Positions 39,995 through 51,042 are shown, counted from the stretch's first letter. The stretch: 64,000 nt of DNA from an uncultured Candidatus Rokubacteria bacterium (GCA_963747235.1 CAVVEU010000033.1:288001-352000), one strand, 5' to 3'. Numbers and translations: made by a program. The notes: generated by a model from the sequence alone, not told the origin.

Positions 39995-40153
39995 CGCGGC
40001 TGAGGACGAAGTCGGACGGCCAACGCCTTAAAATCTGGAGACTTCTCAAGGCCAGGGTCAGCCGCTCGCCGTGGCGGGACGAGATCGCCGTGTAATTCCT
40101 ACACGGACGACCGCGTAGGACTTGATCCCGGAGTACGGTATAGGCTGGACCCG

Positions 40154-40816
40154 ATGAGTGACCTTATTACCGTCCTCTTCGATCTCGACGGCACGCTCAC
40201 CGACTCGCGCGCCGGGATCACCGCCTGCATCCGGCACGCGCTCGAGAAACTCGGGCGCGCGTGCCCCGACGACGACACCCTCGCGACCTACATCGGCCCG
40301 CCCCTGCGCGGCACCCTGTCCACCTTGCTCGACACCCGGGACGCGGCGCTCATCGAGGAAGCCCTGACGCACTACCGCGCCCGCTACGACGACGTCGGGC
40401 TCTTCGAGAACCGGGTGTACGACGGCGTCCCCGAGATGCTGGAGACGACCGCGCGGCTCGCGCCCGCCATGTTCGTGGCCACCGCGAAGACCCGGCACGC
40501 GGCCGTCCGCATCGTCGACCATTTCGACCTGGCCCGGCACTTCGCCGGCGTTTACGGGGCCGAGCCGGGCGGGCGGTTCGACGCCAAGGTGGACCTGCTC
40601 GCGCACCTGGTCGAGTCGGGCGTGATCCGGGCCGAGACGGCCGTCATGGTCGGCGATCGTGCCAGCGACATCCTGGCCGCGAAGATCAACGGGGTCCGCT
40701 CGATCGGCGCCTCGTGGGGCTACGGCGACTCCGGCGAGCTGGCCGACGCGGGTGCGGACCTGCTCTGCGAGTCCCCGCGCACGCTCGCGGCCTGCCTGGG
40801 CCGCCTGACGGGGTGA
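40154..40816 (+). CDS. HAD-superfamily hydrolase (phosphoglycolate-phosphatase-like)
   Basis: LFDLDGTLTDS, IGPPL, VATAK, MVGDRASD, WGYG. Confidence 0.9.
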   Translation: MSDLITVLFDLDGTLTDSRAGITACIRHALEKLGRACPDDDTLATYIGPPLRGTLSTLLDTRDAALIEEALTHYRARYDDVGLFENRVYDGVPEMLETTARLAPAMFVATAKTRHAAVRIVDHFDLARHFAGVYGAEPGGRFDAKVDLLAHLVESGVIRAETAVMVGDRASDILAAKINGVRSIGASWGYGDSGELADAGADLLCESPRTLAACLGRLTG

Positions 40817-40858
40817 CCCGATGGCCGCCACGTTCCGGGCTCCGCTTCAACGAGCCGA

Positions 40859-42205
40859 TCACAGGATCCTGAGCTCGGTGCGGATGGGCTCGCCGCGGGG
40901 CGTCCCGCAGGCGACCCAGTAGCGACCCGGTCCCGCGGCGAAATCTCGCGCCTCGAACGTCACGACCCACGCGGCCCGACCGGGCGGCGCGACCTCGGGG
41001 TCGGGGAGCGCCGCCGTCTCGGTGATCGCGCGCCGGGTCGTCCCCGTCGGATCGGTCAGCGTGCAGGTGAGCGGGATCTCCTGCTTGATCTGGCTGGCGT
41101 ACTTGACCCGCAGGACGGCGTGAAGATAGGGCGTCCGCGTACTGAGCGACAGCGCTTGCCCGTGCACATAGTTGTGCGGATCCCATGGATGGATGCTGCG
41201 GTCGGCATTGGCGACGAAATCCAGCTCGGTGATCTCGTAGCCCGGCCGGGGAAGCGCCCGGCCGGCGTAGGGGAGCAGCCCCGCGAGCACCGCAGCCGCG
41301 ATCGCCACCGCGACGACGGGCCGGGTCGACAGCGCGGCGGCGGGAGTCTCCGCCGGGCGGGGGCTCATGTCACGGGACGACCCGGGTAGCAGGCACAACC
41401 ACAAGCCGACCCACCAGCCGAGGGTGACCAGGACATTGCTCGCGCTGACCAGGCGCAAGGACTTCTCCGGCGCGAAGATCGGAACGAGGATCAGCGACGC
41501 GAGCGTCAGGACGGCGCCGGCCAGCCCGACCGCCAGCGTGAGGCGCGCGACGAGCGAGGCATGGACGCGCTCGAGAATGCGGCCACCCCAGAAGCCGAGC
41601 AAGGCCCAGAGGACACTCTGGAAGAGGGCCCGGAAGACGAAGAGCGGAAGCCATTCGGCCAGGTAGGCCCGAGGACCCGCCTTGTCGCCGGCCATCCCGG
41701 CGAGCAGACCGGTCGCGTTGAAGAGCAGCACCGCCAGCGGCGCGATCCGGAACCCCTTCCGGGCGGCCCGCGGCGGATCGACGGAGATGCCGTCGAGCCA
41801 GGCGCGCGTCATCAAGCCGGCGAGCAGGCAGACGCCGAGCCAGTCACCCGCGCGGTCGAAGCTGGCGAGCACCGCGTTCTGGTACACCTCGCTGAACGTG
41901 GCCACGGAGACGACGATCGACGAGCCCCGGACCCACCGGAGCCCGATCCGGATCTTGCGCCGATCGTGCGTGGACCGGGACTGGACCAGCCGCTGGACCA
42001 GCGGCTCGACGAAGAACGAGGACAGGGCCGCCCCCAGGGCGAAGGCCAGCACGACCGTCTTCCAGGATTCGTCCGGATTCCGTCCAACATGGAGCGCGTA
42101 CCAGGCGAGGATGCCCGCGCCCGCCCCCAGGCCCGCATAGGCGGCCGTGCGCCACTGGCTGGGCCACCGCAGGACCGACGAGTCGCCGCTGCCCGGGTCA
42201 GCCAC
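40859..42205 (-). CDS. hypothetical multi-pass membrane protein with C-terminal beta-rich soluble domain
   Basis: Uninterrupted 448-aa ORF with about nine hydrophobic segments; overlaps the tctA stop. Confidence 0.65.
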   Translation of the reverse strand: MADPGSGDSSVLRWPSQWRTAAYAGLGAGAGILAWYALHVGRNPDESWKTVVLAFALGAALSSFFVEPLVQRLVQSRSTHDRRKIRIGLRWVRGSSIVVSVATFSEVYQNAVLASFDRAGDWLGVCLLAGLMTRAWLDGISVDPPRAARKGFRIAPLAVLLFNATGLLAGMAGDKAGPRAYLAEWLPLFVFRALFQSVLWALLGFWGGRILERVHASLVARLTLAVGLAGAVLTLASLILVPIFAPEKSLRLVSASNVLVTLGWWVGLWLCLLPGSSRDMSPRPAETPAAALSTRPVVAVAIAAAVLAGLLPYAGRALPRPGYEITELDFVANADRSIHPWDPHNYVHGQALSLSTRTPYLHAVLRVKYASQIKQEIPLTCTLTDPTGTTRRAITETAALPDPEVAPPGRAAWVVTFEARDFAAGPGRYWVACGTPRGEPIRTELRIL

Positions 42206-43710
42206 CCACGGATACGCCGGCCGGCGCCCGCCGGCGCAGGCGCCGCGCGACGAGCGGAGCGATGAGGGCGACCAGGCCCAGGATCAGCAGGGTGGCGGTC
42301 AGCGGCCGGCTCACGATCTCGAGCACATTGCCCCGCGCCATGAAGAGCGATTGCCGGAGCGTCTTCTCCATCATCGGCCCCAGCACCAGCGCGACGACCA
42401 GCGGCGAGGGATCGATCGCGAGCTTGCGCAGTCCGTAGCCGAAGACCCCGAAGCCGACCAGCACCCAGAGGTCGAGCTGGCTGTTGTTGAGGCTGTAGGC
42501 GCCGACCAGGCAGAGCAGCAGCACCATCGTCGCGAGCACGTGCTGGGGCAGGCGCAGCACGCTCACGAAGACGCCGACGAGCGGGAGATTGAGGATCAGC
42601 AGCAGCACGTTGCCCACGTACATGCTGGCCACCACGCCCCAGAACACCTCGGGCCGCTGGCTGATCAGCAGCGGGCCGGGCTGGATGCCGGTGATCACCA
42701 GCGCGCCCAGCAGGATGGCGGTGGCGGGCGAGAACGGGATCCCCAGCGAGAGCAGCGGCACCATCGCGCCCGCGGTGGCCGCGTTGTTGGCGGCCTCGGG
42801 GCCCGCCACGCCCTCGATCGCCCCGTGGCCGAAGCGCTCCGGCGTCTTCGAGATCCGGCGCTCGAGCGCGTAGGAGATGAACGTGGAGAGCACCGCGGCG
42901 GGCCCCGGGATCAGGCCGGTGAAGAAGCCGACCACCGAGCCGCGCGCGATCGGGGCCGCCGACTGCCGCCACTCCTCGCGGGTCGGCATCAGCTCGCGCA
43001 GCTTCACCGAGACGATCTTCGCGCGCTGGGCGCCCGCCTCCGCGATCAGGAGCACCTCGGCCACGCCGTAGAGCCCCATGATCACCGGGACCAGCTCGAT
43101 GCCCTGCGAGAGCTGCGTCGAGCCGAAGGTGAAGCGCCGGATCGCCGAGATCGGCTCCATGCCCACGGTGCCGAGCGCGAGGCCGATCGCGACCAGCACG
43201 AAGGCCTGGAGCACCGAGCCGCCGCTCAGGCGCGAGAGCAGCAGGAGCCCGGCGAAGGCCAGCGCGAAGTACTCGGGCGGGCCGAAGCGGAGCGCCTGGT
43301 CGGCGAGCCACGAGGAGGCCAGCACGATGCCGACCACGCCGAGGGTGCCGGCCACGAACGAGCCCACCCCCGCGACGGCCAGGGCCGCGCCCGCGCGCCC
43401 CTTGCGCGTCATCTGGTAGCCGTCGATCGCGGTGACGACCGAGCCCGCCTCGCCGGGCACGTTGACCAGGATCGAGGTGGTGGAGCCCCCGTACATCGAG
43501 CCATAGTAGATGCCCGCGAGCATGATCAGCGCGGTCGCGGGGTCGAGCGCGAAGGTGGACGGCAGCAGGAGCGCCATCGCGCCCACCGGCCCGATCCCGG
43601 GGAGGATCCCGACCACCGTGCCGATGAGCACCCCGATGAAGCAGGCGAACAGATTGCCCGGCGTCAGCGCGATCGAGAACCCGTAGGCGAGGCCCTCCAG
43701 CGGATCCCAC
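42198..43710 (-). CDS. tctA: tripartite tricarboxylate transporter permease TctA
   Basis: GILPGIGP, YYGSMYGGSTTSIL.N.PGE, DGY, FGPPEYF, EGVAGPEAANN, PLLSLGIP; indel at the very start. Confidence 0.92.
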
Positions 43711-43723
43711 GAGCGCGGTCAGC

Positions 43724-44171
43724 TCAGTCGAACAGGAAGCCGTGGGGCAGCGGCACGTTGAGCAGCACGCCGAAGAGGTAGTACGACACCGCGGCGCTCG
43801 CGATGCCGGTCACCACCGCCGAGCGCCAGCCGGCCCCGAGCCACCGCAGGAGCAGCGTCACGAAGACGAGCGCGGCGACCGGGTAGCCCACCCACCGCAG
43901 CAGGAAGCAGAACCCGATCAGGGCGACCGCGGTCGCCACGACGCGCCCCCGCGCGTCCGCCGGAGTGGCGGGCTCGGCCGCCGCTTCCGGGCGCGCGCCG
44001 GAACGCGGCCGCCGTCCACACGAGCGCCATGACGGCGCCGAATGCCCCGATGGCGAGCGGGAAGAAGGCCGGCCCCGGCTTCGCGATGGTCCCGAGCGGC
44101 AGGGCGAGCCCGCTCAGCAGGTACGCGCCGCTGGCCGCGACCACGACGAGGGCGACGAGCCGCTCGGTCAT
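43724..44171 (-). CDS. tctB: tripartite tricarboxylate transporter TctB, frameshift near 43990
   Basis: PGPAFFP, four TMs, F..LLNVPLP.G terminus. Confidence 0.85.
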
Positions 44172-44175
44172 CGCG

Positions 44176-45144
44176 CTACTTCTTCTTCAGCATCCCCAGA
44201 CGCGTCAGCACCTCGGTGTGGAACTTGTACTCCTTCCAGATGTCCGCCTTGAGCTGATCGCCCGCGCGGTAGTCGATCTCGATGGCCCGCTGCTTGATCA
44301 GGGCGATGAACTGCGGCTCCTCCATCACCGCCTTCGTCGCGTCGTGGATGTACTTCAGCACGGGCCCGGGCGTGCCCTTGGGCGCCACCAGGATGAACGA
44401 GATGCCGCTGGCCGCGTCCCAGCCCAGCTCCTTGGCGGTCGGGACGTCGGGGAAGAACGGGTTCCGCTTCGCCTGGAAGACCATGAGCGCGCGGAGCTTG
44501 CCGCCCTCGACCAGCGGCCGCACCTCGCCGGGCTGCGCCACCACGCTCTCGATGTGGCCGCCGAGCAGCGCGGGGCTCGACTCGCCCCAGCCCGCGAACG
44601 GCACGTGCGTGATGTTCACGCCGGACAGGCGCTTGAGCTCTTCGAGGTTCAGGTGGCTCGAGGTCCCCTCGCCGGGCGAGCCCGCCCGCAGCTTGCCGGG
44701 GCTGGCCTTGGCCGCGGCCACGAGCTCCTGCATCGTCTTCCACGGCGCGTCGGCCTTCACCGCGATCACCGAGTAGAACGCCACGGTGTTGATGATCGAT
44801 TCGTAGTCGTCGGGCGTCTTGTACGGCAGATCGTTGAGCTGCGGATGGATGACCAGGGTGGAGATCGGCGCCAGGATGATGGTGTAGCCGTCCGGCTTGG
44901 CCTGCACCAGCTCCGCCACCGCGAGCGAGCCGCCGCCGCCCGGCCGGGTGACGACGCCGACGCCCTTCGGGTACTTCTTCTTGAGCCCCTCCGCCAGGGC
45001 GCGGGCCACGATGTCCACCATGCCGCCCGCCGGGTAGCCGCTCAGGATGGTGAGCGGGCGCTCCGGGTACTCGGCGGCCGCCGGCCAGGCGCCGACGAGC
45101 AGGAGCAGCAGAAGGGTCAGGACGCTCGACGCGAAGCGGAACAT
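44176..45144 (-). CDS. tctC: tripartite tricarboxylate transporter substrate-binding protein (TctC/Bug)
   Basis: YPERPLT...YPAGG..D..AR, PGGGG, KPDGYT, HVPF.G, LLGGH, PDVPT.KE.G. Confidence 0.92.
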   Translation of the reverse strand: MFRFASSVLTLLLLLLVGAWPAAAEYPERPLTILSGYPAGGMVDIVARALAEGLKKKYPKGVGVVTRPGGGGSLAVAELVQAKPDGYTIILAPISTLVIHPQLNDLPYKTPDDYESIINTVAFYSVIAVKADAPWKTMQELVAAAKASPGKLRAGSPGEGTSSHLNLEELKRLSGVNITHVPFAGWGESSPALLGGHIESVVAQPGEVRPLVEGGKLRALMVFQAKRNPFFPDVPTAKELGWDAASGISFILVAPKGTPGPVLKYIHDATKAVMEEPQFIALIKQRAIEIDYRAGDQLKADIWKEYKFHTEVLTRLGMLKKK

Positions 45145-45185
45145 GAGCACCTCCTCGTGCGTAAAGGTGCGGCATCTTAACACGA

Positions 45186-45214
45186 TTGACACGGCCGGAC
45201 GGGCCTCCTATGAT
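45186..45214 (+). promoter_or_regulatory. sigma70 promoter
   Basis: TTGACA-17 nt-TATGAT upstream of RBS GAGGAG and ATG 45270. Confidence 0.75.
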
Positions 45215-45269
45215 ACCGGCCACCTGACCCCCGAAGAGGCGCGCTCACTCAACGCAGAGGAGACAACCC

Positions 45270-46492
45270 ATGGATCGGCGCTCATTCCTGGCAACCACCG
45301 CGGCTGGTGCCGCGGCCCTGTCGTTCCCGGCCATCCTCCGCGCGCAGAGCAAGGACCCGCTCCGGATCGGCTGCCCGCTGCCGCTGACCGGCCCCTTCGC
45401 GGCCCTCGCCGCGGACATGCAGCGCGGCGCCCAGCTCGCGCAGGACGAGCTCAACGCCAAGGGCGGCGTCATGGGCCGCAAGGTCGAGGTGCTCTTCCGC
45501 GACGACGAGCTCAAGCCCGCGGTCGGCGCCCAGCGCACCAAGGAGCTGATCGAGAACGACAGAAGTGCCAGTTCATCGTGGGCGGCCTCGCCGCGCACGT
45601 GCAGATGGCCATCAACGAGCAGACCAAGAAGTCCAAGGTGCTCTTCATCTCGACCAGCCAGTCCGACGAGATCAGCGCCAAGCCGGACACGCAGCCCGAT
45701 CACCTTCCACGAGGCGCTCAACCCCACGATCACCTGCCGCGTCGATGGGCACGTGGATCGCCCAGAACCTCGGCAAGAAGTGGTGGATCGTCTACGCCGA
45801 CTACGCGTGGGGCAAGCAGAACAACGCGGTGCTCCAGGACACGCTCGCGAAGCAGGGCGGCACCCTGCTCGGCGCCACCCCGTACCCGCTCGGCAGCGCC
45901 GAGTTCTCCGCCCACCTGCCGAAGATCCAGGCGGCCAAGCCCGAGGTGTTCGTGTACGTGACGCCCGGCGCGGACAACATCGCGCTTCCTCAAGCAGGTC
46001 GAGCAGCTTCGGCATGAAGAAGACCATGAAGATCGCCCAGCCGCTGCTCTGGATCTCCTACCTCAAGGAAGGCGGGGCCGAGCTCTACGCGGACGTCTAC
46101 GGCGCGATCAACTGGTACTGGGAGCTGCAGGACTCGATCCCGTCGGCGAAGAAGTTCGTCGAGGCCTCCATGAAGAAGTTCAACGTGCCGCCCGGCGACT
46201 ACGGCGCCTACTCCTACTCGCGGCGTGCTCGAGGTGGCGCGCGGCGTGGAGCTGGCCAAGTCCACCGACGCCGAGGCGGTCGCCAACGCGCTCCGCAAGA
46301 GCCCGGTCTACGACCACTTCAAGGGCAAGCAGTGGTGGCGGGCCTGCGACAACAAGTCCATGCAGGACATGTGGATCGTCAAGGGGCGGGCCCGGCAAGA
46401 CCAAGGGCGACTGGGGCTCGATGGACATCGTGGCCAAGGTGGCCGCGAACGAGAAGTACGACCGCACCTGCAAGGAGAAGGGCTACGCCTAA
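45270..46492 (+). CDS. branched-chain amino acid ABC substrate-binding protein, Tat signal, many frameshifts
   Basis: MDRRSFL; LRIGCPLPLTGPFA; RDDELKP; YADYAWG; YPLGSAEFS. Confidence 0.82.
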
Positions 46493-46496
46493 GCTC

Positions 46497-47391
46497 GTGC
46501 CCGAGTTCTCTCGCCGCGGTCCTGCCCCAGATCTTCACCGGCCTGGTGCTGGGGATGATCTTCGTGCTGCTCGCCATCGGCCTGTCGCTGATCTTCGGGC
46601 TGATGACCGTGGTGAACTTCTCCCACGGCGCGCTCTACATGCTGGGCGCGTACTTCGCCGTGTTCCTGCTCGGCTACACGCAAGAACTTCTGGGTGGCGC
46701 TGATGCGTGGCGCCGCTCATGGTCGGCGCGCTCGGGCTGCTCATCGAGCGCTTCCTCATCCGGCGGCTCTACGGACGGAGCCCGGACGATCCGCTGCTGC
46801 TCACCTTCGGCCTCTCGCTGGTCCTCGATCGAGACCGTCAAGGTCGTTCTGGGGCAAGATCGGGCTCACGCTCGATCCGCCCCGGGCGCTGGCGCGGCGC
46901 GGTCGACCTGGGCTTCATGGCCTTCCCCGCCTACCGGCTCTTCGTCATCGCGGTCACCGTCGCGGTGCTGATCGGCCTCTGGGCTTCTTCCTCGAGACGC
47001 ACCAACGTCGGGCTCATCATCCGCGCGGGCTCGCGCGATCCGCTGATGGTCCGCGCGCTCGGCATCGACCTCAACCGCATCTGGCTGCTCGTCTTCGGCA
47101 TCGGCTACCGCGCTGGCCGGGCTCGGCCGGCATCCTGGCCGGGCCCGATGCGCGGCGCCTACGCCGAGATGGGCGTGACCATGGTCATCGAGTCGTTCGT
47201 GGTCGTCGTGGTGGGCGGCATGGGCAGCCTGCTCGGCGCGGTGGTGGCCGGGCTCCTCATCGGCCAGGTGGTCGGGCATCACCACGCTCTTCGCGCCCAA
47301 GCTCGCCGAGATCATGGTGTTCGTGGTGATGGCGGTCGTCCTGCTCGTGCGGCCGAGCGGCCTCTTCGGCGAGGCCGGGCTCGCGGAGTGA
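46497..47391 (+). CDS. livH: LivH-like permease, many frameshifts
   Basis: LLAIGLSLIFGLMTVVNFSHGALYMLG; VRALGID; FVVVVVGGMGS; RPSGLFG. Confidence 0.82.
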
Positions 47392-48340
47392 GCGTGCTCC
47401 GGCGTGTCGCGCTTCGCATCGCCGCGCATCCCGGTGCTCGGCCTTCTGGCATCTTCTTCGCCCTGTTTCCGTTCATCATGCCCTACCGCACCATGGCCTA
47501 CCCAGGTGCTGATCTTCGGCCTGCTTCGCGCTCGGCTTCAACCTGCTCTACGGCTACACGGGCTGCTCTCCTTCGGCCACGCGGCCTACTACGGCCTCGG
47601 CGCCTACGGCACCGGCATCGCGCTCGCCAAGCTCCAGATGGGCTCGCTCTGGCTCGGGCTCGCCTCGGGTCCGCTCCTGGCCGTCCTGGGCGGCGCCGCG
47701 ATCGGCTTCTTCTGCCTGCGGCGGCGCGGCATCTACTTCGCGATGCTGACCCTCGCCTTCGCCCAGCTCCTCTACTTCGTCGCGCTTCCACCTGGCCGAC
47801 GTGACCGGCGGCGACGACGGCCTGCGCGGCATCCCGCAGCTCGCCGCTCGGGCTCTTCGGCCTGGAAGATCTACCTCGAGAGCTCGCTCGGCCTTCTACT
47901 ACTTCACGTTCGTCCTGGTCTGGCTCGCGGTGGCTGGCGCTCAAGCGCATTCTCGACTCGCCCTTCGGCACCGTGCTCCAGGCGATCCGCGAGAACGGCG
48001 ACCGCGCGGCCGCCTGCGGCTACGACGTCAACCGCGTCAAGCACCTGTCCTTCGTCTTCTCCGCCTTCTTCGCCGGCCTGGCGGGCGGCACTGGACGCGC
48101 TGCGGCTCACGGTCGTGCCCGTCGAGTCGCTGTACTGGATCACCTCGGGCCAGGTGGTGATCATGACGCTGCTCGGCGGCGCGGGCACCTTCTTCGGTCC
48201 CTTCGTCGGCGCCGGCACCTACCTGGTGCTGGAGGACCGGCTGGCCGTCGTTCACCGAGCGCTGGCCGCTCGTCATCGGGCCGATCTTCTGCCTCGTTCT
48301 TCCTGTTCCGGTGGCGCGTCCAAGCGGCGTATCTCGGGGC
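47388..48340 (+). CDS. livM: LivM-like permease, many frameshifts, C-terminus apparently joined to an ATPase tail
   Basis: LLSFGHAAYYG.GAY, RRRGIYFAMLTLAFAQ, TGGDDG, AIREN, MTLLGGAGTFFGPFVG; ends FFLF-RW-RVQAAYLG. Confidence 0.75.
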
Positions 48341-48365
48341 AAACGCATCACCAAGGAGGACATCC

Positions 48366-48828
48366 ATGGCCGTCAAGGTGCTGGAGCTCCACCATCACGG
48401 CATCCGCGTCGGGCCCTCGCCCGACGAGACGCGAAGAAGTCGCTTCGGCTTCTACCACGACGTGCTCGGCCTCGACGCCGATCACGGGTCGCCCGACGAT
48501 CCCGGCGATCGACGGCTACTGGATGGACTGCGGCGACGACACGCAGATCCACCTCATGGGCGTGGACGGGGCGTCGCAAGCTACGCCAAGGGCCCCGACA
48601 GCAGGATCCCGTCGACGCCCCACGTGGCCCTGGCCGTGCCCGACATCCAGGAGGCCAAGCGCGAGCTCGACCGCATGGGCGTGACGTACTGGAGCACGAT
48701 GGCCGTGGTCGGCCCCCAGCTCGCAGCAGATCTTCATGTACGACCCGCACGGCAACCTGATCGAGCTGCACGAGGCGGACACCTGCCGCTGCGAGACGTC
48801 CGACCGCAAGCCCGTCGGCGGCGCATGA
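48366..48828 (+). CDS. VOC/glyoxalase family protein, frameshifted
   Basis: ELHHHGIRV, FYHDVLGL, QIHL, HVALAVPDI, F.YDPHGNLIEL. Confidence 0.8.
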
Positions 48829-50035
48829 GCTCGACCTATGGCTGGCTAGACCGGTGGCGGCCGGAGGAGCCGTCGTCGACCGCGTCGGACGCGCTCGACG
48901 CGCGAGAACGATCGCCCCGCGCGCGGCCGAGTACGACCGCGAGGGCACCAATCCGATCGAGAGCTGGCGCGATCTCCGCCGCGGGACGGCTTTCTCGGCT
49001 CGCGCAGTTCCCACCGCGCACGGCGGCCTCGGGCTCGACATGCCGACCTACATCGGCGTGATCCGCACCATCGCCCGGGGCTGCGCCAACACCGCCATGA
49101 CGGTGCACATGCACTCCACGGTCATGCGCTTCATCGACGCGCTCGGCACCGAGGCGCAGAAGCGCCGCTACTTCGGCGAGGTCGTCGAGCGACGGCAAGC
49201 TCTTCGGGAGCTGGGGCAGCGAGCCCGCGGTGAGCCTCTCGCGCACCTTCCTGATGGAGACGGTCGTCCGCGCAGGACGGCGACGCGCTGGGTGGTGGAC
49301 GGCGTGAAGCACTTCTGCACGATGGCCCTGGGCGCCTCGTACTACATGGTCTGGTGCGCGCTCGACGGCGGCGCCGACATGGGCAAGGCCCTGCTCCTGG
49401 TGCTGGTGCCCGCCGAGACGCCCCGGCATCGCCACCGACGGCAAGTGGAACACGCTCGGCATGCGCGCGACCTTCAGCCCCTCGGTCACCTTCACGGGCG
49501 TGCGCGTGCCGAAGGACACGGCGCTCGGCGAGCCCGGCGCCGGGCTCCGGGTGGGCGTGGTGGAGAGCTTCGCGCTGGGCTACGCCGCGGTCTACCTGGG
49601 CATCGCGGAGGCGCGCCCTCGCCTTCGCCGCGACTACGCCAAGAAGCGCGTCGTGAAGCCCGAGAACGTCCCGGTGGCCAACGATCCCGCGGTGCAGCGC
49701 CACATCGGCGAGCTGTCGCGGCGCACCTCGACGGCGCGCTGCTCGTGCTGGCACGACTCCGCCGAGCGCTGGGAGGCCGGCCGACGTCGTGCGCAGCGCG
49801 GCCTGCTCGGCCAACAAGGCCAAGTACCTCGCCACGGAGGTCGGGCTCGCACGTCACCTCGCAGGTGATCCAGGTCGTGGGCGGCCGCGGCGCCTACAAG
49901 GACTTCCCGGCCGAGCGCGCCTTCCGCGACCTCCGCACCTCGACCCTCATGCCGCCCACGGTGGACCGCATGCTCGAGGGCATCGGCAAGACCGCCCTCG
50001 GCATCGAGGGCGTCATGTTCAAGGTCGCCCAGTAA
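48825..50035 (+). CDS. acyl-CoA dehydrogenase family flavoprotein, many frameshifts
   Basis: IAPRAAEYD, HMHS, WGSEP, GVKHFCT, WNTLGMRATFS, GGRG, ERAFRD. Confidence 0.8.
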
Positions 50036-50069
50036 GCGGCGTCGAGCAGACACGGGGAGAAGCGCCTCG

Positions 50070-51042
50070 ATGAAGCGTCGAGACTTCTTGTCGCTGCTCG
50101 GCGGCGCCGTCGCTGCGTGGCCCTCGCCCGCGCGCGCGCAGCCGAGGGCGATGCCGACGGTGGGCGTCCTGCTCGTCTTCTCGCGCGAGGCCGGGCAAAC
50201 CTTCACGGATCCGATCCGCGCCTACCTACAGGCGCTGGGACACGCCGAAGGCCGCAACATCGTGTTCGACTTCCGCTATGCCGACGGCAAGCCCGATCGT
50301 CTGCCCGGCCTCGCCGCCGATCTCGCCGGACAGCGCCCTGCGGTGATCGCTACCTTTGGCGATGCCGCCGGGCTCGCCGCCAAAGGCGGCGACCACCACC
50401 ATTCCCATCGTGGCCATGTCCGAAGACCTGGTCAGAGCCGGGCTCGTCGCCAACATGCGACAGCCGGCGGGTAACATCACCGGCGTGAGCATCATGGGCA
50501 CCGAGCTCGACGCCAAGCGGCTGGAAGGTCTCGCGGAGCTCGTGCCTCCGCGCAGCACCGTCCTGCTTCTCGGGGACCAGACCACGCATCGAGAATCGCG
50601 GCCGGCGCTCGACGCGACCGCCGCGGCTCGGCGCCTCACGCTGCGCGAAGCGCTCGTCGGCACCCCGGATCAGCTCGAACGGGCACTTCGAGAGGCCAAG
50701 GCGAGCGGGGTCGCCGGCGTGAACGTGCTCGCGTCGGCGGTGCTCTTTGCCCTGCGCGGCCGTATCATCACGCTGGCGGCGGAGCTCGGGCTGCCGGCGA
50801 TGTACCAGTGGCCGGAGACCGCGGACGAGGGCGGACTGATCGCCTATGGTCCGAGCCTTCGTCGAGCCTTCCGTCAGGTGACCACGCTCGTCGACAAGGT
50901 TCTCCAGGGTGCCAGCCCCGCCGACCTCCCGGTCGAGCAGCCCACCAAGTTCGACCTGGTCGTCAACCTCACCACCGCCAAGGCCCTCCGATTGGCGATC
51001 CCCCCGTCGCTGCTGCTACGGGCGGATCGGGTTCTCGAGTGA
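50070..51042 (+). CDS. ABC_sub_bind (PF04392-type) substrate-binding protein, frameshift near 50385
   Basis: MKRRDFLSLLGGA, EGRNI, TTTIPIV, GNITGV, KRLE.L.ELVP, ADLPVEQPTKFDLVVNL.TAKAL.L.IPPSLLLRAD.V.E. Confidence 0.88.
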
